Shown: piece after piece, positions 7,592 to 16,152 of the stretch
How the letters are laid out: each line of letters opens with the position of its first letter
Numbering within the stretch: the first letter of the stretch is position 1
Virus record (IMG/VR): IMGVR_UViG_3300020541_000150
Coordinates: 1-18,311 of that record
DNA: 18,311 bases
Source: a virus
Reading direction: 5' to 3' (one strand)
The notes under the pieces: generated by a model
Database searches by the model: none
Told to the model about the DNA's origin: nothing
What the model saw: the letters and a program-made list of their open reading frames with translations, nothing else
Program-made: the position numbers and the translations under genes

Positions 7592-7870
7592 ATGTTATTA
7601 AATCCAGATATTTACAGAACAAGCATAGTTTCTAAAGTTATACCAGCAACCGATACGGAACTTACAAAGATTAAAACAAGCAACGGTTCTGGGCGTTCTA
7701 AAATCGTTTATTGTCAGTACGGTGAAGAATATCCCCAAAACCATGTTAATGCCTTAGTTAATCATGCCACTGAGTTAGGTTGGTTGAAAGATTTTGATTA
7801 TGCGATAGGCTCTATTCCCGATGGTTTTGTTTTGGTATTAGTTCCTAAGATTTTACCTTCTCAATCATAA
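7592..7870 (+). CDS. Hypothetical protein (92 aa)
   Basis: AAAGGAG upstream of ATG 7592. Confidence 0.55.
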   Translation: MLLNPDIYRTSIVSKVIPATDTELTKIKTSNGSGRSKIVYCQYGEEYPQNHVNALVNHATELGWLKDFDYAIGSIPDGFVLVLVPKILPSQS

Positions 7871-7877
7871 ATACAAA

Positions 7878-7910
7878 GTTAACGATTGTCTTGTTTCTTG
7901 ACTGAAGATG
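7878..7910 (+). repeat. Strongly degenerate, 3'-truncated array-type repeat
   Basis: GTTAACGATTGTCTTGTTTCTTGACTGAAGATG. The first 26 nt align well; the 3' end has diverged. Confidence 0.65.
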
Positions 7911-7927
7911 CACAAAAGAGGAGACTA

Positions 7928-8647
7928 ATGGACAAATTCAAGGTTGAGGTTTTATCGAAAACAGCTAATCCCCAGACAATAATGTATCTGGCTCTCCATC
8001 AGGATTATAGTGAGGATTATATATATGAAAGCCTTGATAAAACCCCTTCTGAAATTAAGTGTGGGGAGATAGCCGTTAAACGATTACTAGAGGGAAATAG
8101 AGGACACTTTGGAGTGTTAGAGCACTGCTACATCGTTTTTAGTGTGGGATATTTCCCCCATAGTGTGATGCAACAGGCAACCCGGCATAGAATAGCTAGT
8201 TTCGATGTTCAATCTGGGCGCTACTCAGGGCAGAGGATTGTTGATGTAATCAACTTCAAGAGAAGTTTAGAAGATGTTTTTTACCTCCGTCCGGTGGGGA
8301 ATTACAGCGATCGCCAAGGCAAAAAATATTATTATTCACCTGAATTAAGAGAAATCCATTTACAACACTGTGTAGATGCTTGTGGTTTGTATAAACAAAA
8401 CATTGAGTCTGGGATGAGTGAAGAACACGCCAGGGGTTTAATCCCGTTCGATTTCAGACAGCATTTTGTTATGTCTTGTAACCTACGTTCACTGTTACAT
8501 TTTCTCGATTTAAGATTTAAAAAAGATGCCCAGTTAGAGATTCAAAAACTCTCTGAAATGATGTGGACACATACTCAAGAATGGGTTCCCCAAATTGCGG
8601 AATGGTACGAAAAGAACCGATTAGGGAAAGCTCGGCTTGCTCCCTAA
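7928..8647 (+). CDS. thyX: Flavin-dependent thymidylate synthase ThyX
   Basis: RHRIASFDVQSGRYSG signature and NLRSLLHFLDLR. The ATG at 7928 after GAGGAG is a better start than the listed 7886. Confidence 0.93.
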   Translation: MDKFKVEVLSKTANPQTIMYLALHQDYSEDYIYESLDKTPSEIKCGEIAVKRLLEGNRGHFGVLEHCYIVFSVGYFPHSVMQQATRHRIASFDVQSGRYSGQRIVDVINFKRSLEDVFYLRPVGNYSDRQGKKYYYSPELREIHLQHCVDACGLYKQNIESGMSEEHARGLIPFDFRQHFVMSCNLRSLLHFLDLRFKKDAQLEIQKLSEMMWTHTQEWVPQIAEWYEKNRLGKARLAP

Positions 8648-8828
8648 TTTTGCTTTCTGGAATAAGGAAAGCTGTATTGTCACCCTCTATTATTGATCCA
8701 ATATCTTATCAATTCCGAGAGGGATAGATTTCTTGAGGATGCGATCGCCTCTATCCTCTCCCTCTCAACTTCTGAAACCCTCACCCTGACAACGGTTGGG
8801 CGGTTAAAAAGTTTTTTTGATTTAGGGG

Positions 8829-8857
8829 TTGACATATTTTGATTTTGTAGCTACAAT
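8829..8857 (+). promoter_or_regulatory. Strong sigma70-type promoter
   Basis: TTGACA (8829-8834), 17 nt, TACAAT (8852-8857), upstream of ORF 8908. Confidence 0.7.
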
Positions 8858-8907
8858 ATTTTAGTATAAGCAAAACAGGGACGCCGCCGTTAAATCGGGC
8901 GTAAAAT

Positions 8908-9519
8908 ATGAAAAACTCCACAACCGCCGACCAACTTTCCAAAAGAATTAGCCAATTGAATAGCTTGATTCAAAAATTCCCCAATGTCCGGTCTTTGATC
9001 CGGCGTTGGGGTTTTGAATTGACACAGCTAGAAGGGCGGTTAGAAGCCCTGAAAGCGGCGGCGGTTGTGGAGAAACCTAAGCAGTTAACAATATGGGACG
9101 TGCCTGTTATGAAAAAAATGGATTGGTTTTTCCCTCCTCTTGTTGGATCGGAAAAGCAAATTCAGTGGGCGGATCAACTCCGCCGCAATTTCGCTGAATA
9201 TTATTCTTCTCTGGGTGGCGAACCTGGAGAGGGTGAAGTCAAAATAAAAAAAGCGGTAGCGATCGCGGTATCGTCCAAGTTCTGGATCGAAAATCGCGAT
9301 TTTTGCGAAAAAATCGCCTGGGAAAATATGACCCAGGTTTTAAAGAAGTTATATGCCTTGGTTGAGATTTGCCAACCTTGGTACAGCGACTTCGATCAAT
9401 CAGAATTTAAAGAAATTCTGAAAGCTAAAAAATCAATCCTCAGAAATCTGAGGATTGACAAAGCAGGTATCGTTGCCTGCTGCAATCAACAGAGCCAAAA
9501 CAGACGCTTTACTAATTAA
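8908..9519 (+). CDS. Hypothetical protein (203 aa)
   Basis: Long ORF directly downstream of a good promoter; no family recognised. Confidence 0.6.
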   Translation: MKNSTTADQLSKRISQLNSLIQKFPNVRSLIRRWGFELTQLEGRLEALKAAAVVEKPKQLTIWDVPVMKKMDWFFPPLVGSEKQIQWADQLRRNFAEYYSSLGGEPGEGEVKIKKAVAIAVSSKFWIENRDFCEKIAWENMTQVLKKLYALVEICQPWYSDFDQSEFKEILKAKKSILRNLRIDKAGIVACCNQQSQNRRFTN

Positions 9520-9581
9520 GGAGGTTTATATGTTGGATCGCCTTAAATCCGCGCAAAAGTTAACGATACAAGGGTAAAACA

Positions 9582-9794
9582 ATGACACTAAAATTTGCAG
9601 TCAAGCCGTGGAATCGTTACAACGGTCAAGTCACAGAAGGTTTGTATGCTGGAGGTGTAGGTGCGGACTTTTTAGCCGTCCATCCCGATGACGAATTTAT
9701 CACATACAAAGACAACGAAGTCGCGGCGAGAGATGCCCTGTCATTGACTCGTAAGGGATGGAAAGCGCAAGTTGTGGAAGTAGAAACTTTATGA
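9582..9794 (+). CDS. Hypothetical protein (70 aa)
   Basis: ORF whose stop overlaps the next ATG (ATGA). Confidence 0.5.
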   Translation: MTLKFAVKPWNRYNGQVTEGLYAGGVGADFLAVHPDDEFITYKDNEVAARDALSLTRKGWKAQVVEVETL

Positions 9795-10075
9795 ATGAGA
9801 AACTACTACACGCCCGATATTGGAGGGCGGACGGTACGGGAGAAAATCAAACCTCCTACGACCCCCACGGATTCGGATTAAAAACTCTTGAAACTATGGA
9901 TGCTCTGATCAATAGTTTGGGATTAAAACAAGTTGATGGGATATCTTTATGTGGTGTTCTCGTCAATCATCACAAAGCCAAACTTGCAGATATTGGGCAT
10001 CAAGTCCATATCGCTGCTACTTCTGAACAGTGGGAAGCTGCGAAACAATATTGGGAATCAGGAGCATTTGATTGA
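9791..10075 (+). CDS. Hypothetical protein (94 aa)
   Basis: In-frame ATG at 9791 in a 4-bp ATGA overlap with the upstream ORF is a better start than 9758. Confidence 0.5.
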   Translation: MNEKLLHARYWRADGTGENQTSYDPHGFGLKTLETMDALINSLGLKQVDGISLCGVLVNHHKAKLADIGHQVHIAATSEQWEAAKQYWESGAFD

Positions 10076-10151
10076 TCAACAATTGGGATCTCAGGTTCCC
10101 AAACTCCCAAAAACCCCACGATATAAGGAATTAACTATATCAAGAATACAT

Positions 10152-10192
10152 TGGGGTGGTAGGGGTCGCAGGTTCAAATCCTGTCGCTCCGA
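10152..10192 (+). other. tRNA 3'-end-like element (T-arm plus acceptor strand)
   Basis: GCAGG-TTCAAAT-CCTGT followed by CGCTCCG-A. TGGGGTG at 10152-10158 can pair with CGCTCCG using 3 G:U pairs. No room for D or anticodon arms. Confidence 0.5.
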
Positions 10193-10200
10193 TAGAGGTA

Positions 10201-10233
10201 AAAGCCGGATTCTGTAAGGGATTCGGCTTTTTT
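10201..10233 (+). terminator. Rho-independent terminator
   Basis: AAAGCCGGATTC / GGATTCGGCTTT stem (12 bp, two wobbles) followed by TTT. Confidence 0.75.
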
Positions 10234-10327
10234 AGATCCACGATCCACCGCCCGTCGTTGCCAGAATTATTTACCATCTGGAAATAAATCTGTTATAACT
10301 GGTGGATAGTTATATAGGATCATTCTT

Positions 10328-10519
10328 ATGACACGACCCCGAGAAAACAGGCAAGGAATCAAGGCCAAGCTCAAGCCAGAAGACAGGGAGAAGTTGAAAA
10401 CCCTCGTCATCGGCATGGGTTATCGTTATTGGAGGCGGGAGTCAGCAGAACCCGCATGGACTGAATTTTTGGAGGCGATCGCAACGGGCGATATAATTCT
10501 TTACAAAAAAGTTGAGTGA
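10328..10519 (+). CDS. Hypothetical protein (63 aa)
   Basis: Short ORF MTRPRENRQGIKAKLKPEDREKLKTLVIGMG... Confidence 0.45.
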   Translation: MTRPRENRQGIKAKLKPEDREKLKTLVIGMGYRYWRRESAEPAWTEFLEAIATGDIILYKKVE

Positions 10520-10585
10520 GGGTTGATATTTTAGGATAACTGGAGTAGAGTTATAAATGTAGGGATACAGAGGGCAAGTGGAAAT

Positions 10586-11473
10586 ATGACAACTCAATTG
10601 GATTTATTTGGTGATCATGTTGATACTCAAGCTAAAGATCCTATTTGGATTTTAAAGAATAGACCCGCACCCGATCCAAACTCTCCTATCGTTGTTTCCT
10701 ATGGTGGGGGAACCAATAGCACCGCCATGTTAATTGCAATGGTGTTGAAAGGGATTAAACCCGATTTAATCTTGTTTGCGGATACGGGGGCGGAACTCCC
10801 TGAAACCTACGACTGGGTAAACACTTTTTCCGATTGGTTGATAGCAGAGGGTTTCCCTGTGATTGAATGGGTGAAATATACTCAGGTAGAAGGCTCTCGG
10901 AGGACTTTTACCTATTCCACACTAGAGGAAGAATGTTTAATTAAAAAGGCATTGCCAAGTAAGGCTTATGGATTTGCCACCTGTTCCATGAAATACAAGG
11001 TAGAGCCTCAACAGAAGTATTTGAAACAATGGTGTCTAAGTCAAGAAATAAAAGCAATTCCCCGGCAATTTGTAGGGATTCATACCGGAGAAATGAGTAG
11101 GCTTTTAGATAAGACTGGCAAAATTAGACAGATGGAGCAGGAGGGAATTAGACAAGAATACCCGTTGATTGAATGGGGTCTAAACCAAGAAAACTGCAAC
11201 GCTCTGATTAAGTCGGTTGGTTTTCCTGTTCCATCAAAATCATCCTGCTTTTTTTGCCCAAACCGCAAAATCAGCGAGATTGTTGAACTAAAGGAAAAAC
11301 ATCCCGAACTATATCAAAGGGCTGTTGAGATGGAACAAAATGCCGATCTAAGGTCTTTGAAAGGTTTGGGGCGGACTAAATACGCTTGGGGAGATGTTGG
11401 AGCCTTAACCCCGATGGAAAAAGCACTTATTGAAGCTGGAGAGAATAACAAGCTATGCGCTTGTGTTGATTAA
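10586..11473 (+). CDS. Phosphoadenosine phosphosulfate reductase-like (N-type ATP pyrophosphatase, PP-loop) protein
   Basis: IVVSYGGGTNSTAMLIAMVLKGIKPDLILFADTGAELPETY (PP-loop region with divergent loop), plus a Cys-rich C-terminal half (SSCFFCPNRK). Confidence 0.8.
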   Translation: MTTQLDLFGDHVDTQAKDPIWILKNRPAPDPNSPIVVSYGGGTNSTAMLIAMVLKGIKPDLILFADTGAELPETYDWVNTFSDWLIAEGFPVIEWVKYTQVEGSRRTFTYSTLEEECLIKKALPSKAYGFATCSMKYKVEPQQKYLKQWCLSQEIKAIPRQFVGIHTGEMSRLLDKTGKIRQMEQEGIRQEYPLIEWGLNQENCNALIKSVGFPVPSKSSCFFCPNRKISEIVELKEKHPELYQRAVEMEQNADLRSLKGLGRTKYAWGDVGALTPMEKALIEAGENNKLCACVD

Positions 11474-11605
11474 AACACACCTATTATCAAAGCGATCGCC
11501 ATGAAGAAGGAAGAAGGTGATAGTTGGGCGGCATAAAAGTTAACCGAGTAAGGTTACAGCCCTACCCTGTTATAGTCAATCATTTAATTCAATTAGGAGT
11601 ATATC

Positions 11606-11884
11606 ATGGCTACACCAGAACAGGTTAAGCAAGCATTGAAGTTCAAAAGAGTCAAAGGTGATGATAGAAAAGTTGAGGTTTTTCGGGGTGACAGGCTTAT
11701 CGGTCAACTGGATAGAGTTAAAAACTTGAGTACAGCTAGATACCTTGAAAGACCTCGATGGATTTACACCGTAACAAACCCCTGTGATGGGTCAAGAATT
11801 GTATTTGAGTCGAGACAAAAAGCTGCGTTAAGGCTACAAAGTTTAACCGATTATTTTCAATATCAACAGGAGAACAAACCATGA
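11606..11884 (+). CDS. Hypothetical protein (92 aa)
   Basis: Complete ORF preceded by TTAGGAG. Confidence 0.5.
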   Translation: MATPEQVKQALKFKRVKGDDRKVEVFRGDRLIGQLDRVKNLSTARYLERPRWIYTVTNPCDGSRIVFESRQKAALRLQSLTDYFQYQQENKP

Positions 11885-11951
11885 CCTATAGAATCACTCG
11901 CATCAAGACCGCAGCCAGAAAAGAAGACCGTCAAGTTGAAGGAAAAACATT

Positions 11952-13145
11952 ATGACTGTTAACATTCTCGATAAAATTGATCTCCGCCAATTGGGTGAAC
12001 GACTGCAACAAGCGCGGAAGAAATCTGGCATGACTCAAGCTGATGCCGCTCAAATTATTGATGCTGCAAGAACAACTATTGTTGCTATTGAAAAAGGAGA
12101 ACGTCGCCTTAAACCCAACGAACTAATTAAACTGGCTCGTGCTTATGGGCAGGCTGTTAGTAATTTTGTTCGACAAAGCCCTATTATTGAGCCGTTTGAA
12201 GTTCAATTTCGCGCCGCTTATCGACGTAGCGAGACAGAAGAAGCCCAAATTAATCCGGCAATTTGGCGCTTAGAGGAACTCTGTCAAAACTATTTAGAAC
12301 TTGAGAAAATTATGGATGCTCCTTTACCTCGGAATTATCCTCAAGAATATGATGTAACGAATATGCCAATAGAGGCGGCAGCAGAAAGTATTGCCATTGC
12401 AGAACGTCAACGATTAGGGATTGGTGACAGTCCAATTCCAATTCTTAGAGACGTTTTAGAACAGAGTGTCGGACTGCGTATTTTCTATTTGGAAATGCCA
12501 TCTAAATATTCAGGTGTATATAGCTACGATGAACAATTTGGTGGCTGTATTGCGATTAATGCTAAACACCCAGAAGATCGGCGGCGTTGGTCACTTGCTC
12601 ATGAATATCTTCATTTTCTAGCGCATCGACGTAAGCCTGTACTTGACTATGAAAATCAATACCAAAGAAAGCCAGATACTGAACGACTAGCTGACAGTTT
12701 CCCTGACTATTTTCTAATGCCAACCAGTGGTTTACTTAAACGATTTAATGATATGTACCAGACTCACGGTAAGTTTACTCCCACTAATTTATTTACCTTA
12801 GCTCATTATTATGGGGTGTCTATTGAAGCCCTTGGTAATCGTTTAGAATCTATAAAATTGATCCCGTCTGGAACTGTGGAGCGACTACGCGATCGCGGAT
12901 TAAAAGTTAGAAAAGTTCAACAAGAACTTGGGTTAGAAGAAATTCCCCAACGCACTGATATGCTTCCCATTCACTATCAATACCTTGCAATTGAAGCTTT
13001 CGATCAAGGGCTGATTACAGAAGGACGTTTTGCCAATTTCTTAGGGGTTGATCGTATAGAAGCTCGTCGGATTGCGGAATTATTACGGGATTATTCAAGT
13101 GGAATGATAGAGGAAATTGCCCATTTAGATTTACGTCAAGCGTAG
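11952..13145 (+). CDS. XRE-family HTH plus ImmA/IrrE-like metallopeptidase
   Basis: N-terminal HTH LGERLQQARKKSGMTQADAAQIIDAARTTIVAIEKGERR; zinc protease motif LAHEYLHFLAH. Confidence 0.9.
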   Translation: MTVNILDKIDLRQLGERLQQARKKSGMTQADAAQIIDAARTTIVAIEKGERRLKPNELIKLARAYGQAVSNFVRQSPIIEPFEVQFRAAYRRSETEEAQINPAIWRLEELCQNYLELEKIMDAPLPRNYPQEYDVTNMPIEAAAESIAIAERQRLGIGDSPIPILRDVLEQSVGLRIFYLEMPSKYSGVYSYDEQFGGCIAINAKHPEDRRRWSLAHEYLHFLAHRRKPVLDYENQYQRKPDTERLADSFPDYFLMPTSGLLKRFNDMYQTHGKFTPTNLFTLAHYYGVSIEALGNRLESIKLIPSGTVERLRDRGLKVRKVQQELGLEEIPQRTDMLPIHYQYLAIEAFDQGLITEGRFANFLGVDRIEARRIAELLRDYSSGMIEEIAHLDLRQA

Positions 13146-13163
13146 AATTTGGGAGAATTTTTT

Positions 13164-13619
13164 ATGTTGATTCAACACTCCCATCTTGTTCTTGATGCTT
13201 GCTGTATTTTAAACTTTTGCGCGTCGGGCAATTTCCTACCAATCTTAAAGGCTATTCCAGCCCAGGTTGTGGTGACAGAAGTAGTTAAAGCACGCGAACT
13301 ATTGACCCTACAAAAACTTGAAAATCAGGAAAATGAGGGCGCAGTTCAGTTGCAGATGGCGATTGAGCAATATCTACTTATAGTTGTAGATTTTGAGTCA
13401 GAAGCTGAGGAAGAAACTTATATTAATTATGTCTTTGAACTTGGAGATGATGGTGAATCGGCAACTTGTGCGATCGCTGTTCATCGACGATGGGCGATTG
13501 CAACGGATGACAGAAAAGCGATTGCATTTTGTGAAAAAGAAGGACTTAATCTACAGATTTTTTCAACCTTAGAAATCATTAAATATTGGTCAAGGGTATT
13601 ATTTAGACGCTCTAAATGA
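13164..13619 (+). CDS. Putative PIN-like domain protein, possible toxin partner of the XRE-ImmA protein
   Basis: LVLDACCILNF near the N-terminus and ELGDDGESATCAIAVHRRWAIATDDRKA. ATG at 13164 after GGGAGAA. Confidence 0.65.
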   Translation: MLIQHSHLVLDACCILNFCASGNFLPILKAIPAQVVVTEVVKARELLTLQKLENQENEGAVQLQMAIEQYLLIVVDFESEAEEETYINYVFELGDDGESATCAIAVHRRWAIATDDRKAIAFCEKEGLNLQIFSTLEIIKYWSRVLFRRSK

Positions 13620-13711
13620 GTTAGAAGCCTTGACAAAATTTTACAACCAATTCCCTGAGTTTGTAGGGGAAGAATTGGAGCTAGAGGAATGGAGTTAACA
13701 ATAGTTTAAAC

Positions 13712-13742
13712 ATAAAGCAGGTATTTTGCAACCCTGCTTTAT
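13712..13742. terminator. Bidirectional terminator between convergent genes
   Basis: ATAAAGCAGG (13712-13721) / CCTGCTTTAT (13733-13742), perfect 10-bp stem. Its T-run is weak. Confidence 0.55.
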
Positions 13743-14342
13743 TTATACCTTAACTAAACTCTCAATTTCCAAGGCCTGCAACACCCGATTTACCACCTTA
13801 TTGAACACCAACTCAGATGACTGATTGGAATTAATCAGGTGGTATTTGTATCTTTTGGCAATGTCCAAATATCCCCACCTCACCCTCTCCAAAAACAAGA
13901 TATTTCTTTCAATTGCATCAAGGGGTCTATTCTCTAATCTCGCCACAGCCGCCCGAATTGGTAAGTCAAAAATAATCACCATATCGGGTGTTAGTCCCCC
14001 CGTGACGGCTTCATTCGCTTTGATAAGGATATTAGGGTCAATCCCGTGGCCGTAACCTTGATAGGCGAGTGTGGAGGGGGTGAAGCGATCGCATAAAACA
14101 ATATCAAATTCTCCCATCTTTTCCCGAATCACATCGCAGTGCCGTCGCCGATCCTCAAGAATCAAATCTAGCTGTTCCTGGGGACTCATGGAGACGGTTT
14201 TAATCTTATTCCTACACTCATCCCCATAAGGTTCTCTCGTACTCCACACAGCCAAGCTAGTTGTTGCTTCTAAGTATTCTTTCAATCTGGACATCTGAGT
14301 GGTTTTCCCACTGCGGTCAATGCCTTCAAATACAATTATCAT
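13743..14342 (-). CDS. tmk: Thymidylate kinase
   Basis: MIIVFEGIDRSGKTTQMSRLKEYLE P-loop, CDRFTPSTLAYQGYG. ATG at 14342 overlaps the upstream stop (ATGA); the listed start is 14357. Confidence 0.93.
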   Translation of the reverse strand: MIIVFEGIDRSGKTTQMSRLKEYLEATTSLAVWSTREPYGDECRNKIKTVSMSPQEQLDLILEDRRRHCDVIREKMGEFDIVLCDRFTPSTLAYQGYGHGIDPNILIKANEAVTGGLTPDMVIIFDLPIRAAVARLENRPLDAIERNILFLERVRWGYLDIAKRYKYHLINSNQSSELVFNKVVNRVLQALEIESLVKV

Positions 14343-14503
14343 CTTCCTTTCATCCAATTCTTAATTAAATCATCCTTAATCATACTCTGTATGACTAATT
14401 CGATAATGTGTTCCTTGGCTTGTTCCAAGGTTAGGCTGTCAACATTTTGCCTGATTATTGCGAGTTTGAATTGTTGCTCCATCGTTAATTGTACAGGTTC
14501 CAT
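14339..14503 (-). CDS. nblA: NblA-like phycobilisome degradation protein (54 aa)
   Basis: Reverse-strand translation MEPVQLTMEQQFKLAIIRQNVDSLTLEQAKEHIIELVIQSMIKDDLIKNWMKGR resembles NblA (L-T/S-x-EQ-x-F-x-L ... S-x-E-Q-A-x-E). Start preceded by AAGAGGAAACA. Absent from the supplied track because of its size. Confidence 0.78.
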   Translation of the reverse strand: MEPVQLTMEQQFKLAIIRQNVDSLTLEQAKEHIIELVIQSMIKDDLIKNWMKGR

Positions 14504-14650
14504 TGTTTCCTCTTTTGATTAGTTGATTATGGACTATATTACTTCTGGACATTGCAATACTATAGAAAATTGATTCTATATATATTATATCAAAAAAACA
14601 ATCGTTTTGTATCCCCCTGATACAAAATCTAAAATAGTTTGCTTTACCTG

Positions 14651-14679
14651 TTGACACCTGTTGATATTTTGTGTAGTAT
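14651..14679 (+). promoter_or_regulatory. Sigma70-type promoter
   Basis: TTGACA (14651-14656), 17 nt, TAGTAT (14674-14679), upstream of ORF 14713. Confidence 0.65.
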
Positions 14680-14712
14680 TAGAAATGTAGACAGGAGACA
14701 GGAGCAAACGCC

Positions 14713-15507
14713 ATGACAACCACAACTAAAACCAAAACCACTAAAACCACACCTGAGTGGAAATGGAACAATGATCTAGGGCGTGATGCCCTGAAACTCC
14801 CTACAAAGGGGTATTACGTCGATGATAGAGGGAACATCTGGAAAGATAATGGTGACTCCATTGGTAACGTCACCCCGTTACCGAACTCCGTTAAGGTGAC
14901 AAAACTGGAATGGGTTGTCACCCAGGAAGAAAAACAGGAGACTGTTACCTGTCAAAAACTCCAAGGGAGTTATCAAAAAACACAGTCTCCCGCCCGTCGT
15001 AAAGAGTCCCCCGATGGGATGCGGGGCGGTAATTCTCAATGGGGCGAAGTTTCTGGCCCCAAAGCTCATTTTGTGGCTGACGAATATCAGGTGACAGTCA
15101 CCTATATGGCTTTGGTTGCCGTAAATCAATTCGGGGAAATTATTAAGGGAAAACCCAAATTTCCTAGTGCCACAACAGTGGCTTATGAAACGGGCTATGG
15201 AGAAACCACAGAATATTCTGTGACCGATTTGGCGGTTTTGGAATTGCCTACCGAGAAGGTAGAGAAGGTCTACACAGACCAACGAAAACACCTCTATGGA
15301 GAGGCTATCAAAATTGTCAAAGAATACCTTGACAATTTAGACAGACCCGTTGAAGGGCTGTTGAAGGTCGGTGACAGCGTGATTCACCCTGTATATGGAC
15401 AGGGAATTGTCACAAAGGCTTTCGGGACTAAAAACCCCGTTTACCAGTCCGTTTGCGCGGATTTCCCTTGCGGAAACAAAATGGTAGGAAAATGTGACCT
15501 GATATGA
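14713..15507 (+). CDS. Hypothetical protein (264 aa)
   Basis: ORF with upstream promoter and RBS (AGGAG). Confidence 0.6.
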   Translation: MTTTTKTKTTKTTPEWKWNNDLGRDALKLPTKGYYVDDRGNIWKDNGDSIGNVTPLPNSVKVTKLEWVVTQEEKQETVTCQKLQGSYQKTQSPARRKESPDGMRGGNSQWGEVSGPKAHFVADEYQVTVTYMALVAVNQFGEIIKGKPKFPSATTVAYETGYGETTEYSVTDLAVLELPTEKVEKVYTDQRKHLYGEAIKIVKEYLDNLDRPVEGLLKVGDSVIHPVYGQGIVTKAFGTKNPVYQSVCADFPCGNKMVGKCDLI

Positions 15508-15565
15508 CCTTTTCACTATGATTACCCCACGGAAGCCACAGCTAAAAACAGAGAGGACAAACGCC

Positions 15566-16063
15566 ATGACAACTTTCACAAAACCAGAAAACCTTTTTGA
15601 TTCAGTTGATTTTCAAGGATTTGTCGTCGGAGAAGACGACGCGGTAACAACAGTATTGTATCGGGGTCAAGTCCCCGATTTTAAGCGGAATAAAAAACAG
15701 GTCGTAAAGTTTGACTTCGACCTTCACTGCCTAACAGCCAAGCACTGGTTTATGGCTATGGAGCTATCTACTTCTGACATGTTATTTAAGGAGGTGAAAA
15801 ACTGTCCTGTTGAACTTCCCAATGAATTCAAGGATTCAGTTGTCCTGCACCCTGTAAACGGGAAAGTGGGCGTTTGGGTTGCGCCGATGTCACCCGCTGT
15901 AGTTTCGGCTTTTCAAAAAGCTATGGAAACTACAGCGACAGAGGTAAAAGCCTCTGGTAGTGTGAAGTTTCGAGGGCTTCACAACCTGTTCAACAGGCTA
16001 TCCCATGTTACCCCCAAAACAGGGGTTGTTGGGGGTGCTAAATTCCCGACATGGAGAGACTAA
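15566..16063 (+). CDS. Hypothetical protein (165 aa)
   Basis: ATG at 15566 after GAGAGGACAAACGCC; better than the listed start 15518. Confidence 0.6.
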   Translation: MTTFTKPENLFDSVDFQGFVVGEDDAVTTVLYRGQVPDFKRNKKQVVKFDFDLHCLTAKHWFMAMELSTSDMLFKEVKNCPVELPNEFKDSVVLHPVNGKVGVWVAPMSPAVVSAFQKAMETTATEVKASGSVKFRGLHNLFNRLSHVTPKTGVVGGAKFPTWRD

Positions 16064-16068
16064 AAGTA

Positions 16069-16115
16069 GCGATCTCAGGTTAGCTCCTAGCACGGTTCGA
16101 TTCCGTGCGGTCGCA
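16069..16115 (+). other. Miniature tRNA-like element (acceptor plus T-arm only)
   Basis: GCGATCT ... CACGG-TTCGATT-CCGTG ... CGGTCGC-A. Six acceptor-type pairs and a perfect T-arm with TTCGATT loop. Confidence 0.5.
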
Positions 16116-16152
16116 TTCCCGAAAGGGATTATTAACTACATAGGCTAAAGCA

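Noticed and set aside
9933-10217. 94-aa + strand ORF
   Set aside because: Overlaps the ATGA-coupled ORF 9791-10075 in another frame and runs through the tRNA-like element and terminator stem.
14439-14657. 72-aa minus-strand ORF
   Set aside because: Overlaps the nblA-like gene and promoter region in a different frame; no RBS or recognisable domain.
14878-15579. Minus-strand ORFs 14878-15291 and 15337-15579
   Set aside because: Antisense to the well-supported ORF 14713-15507; probably shadow ORFs.
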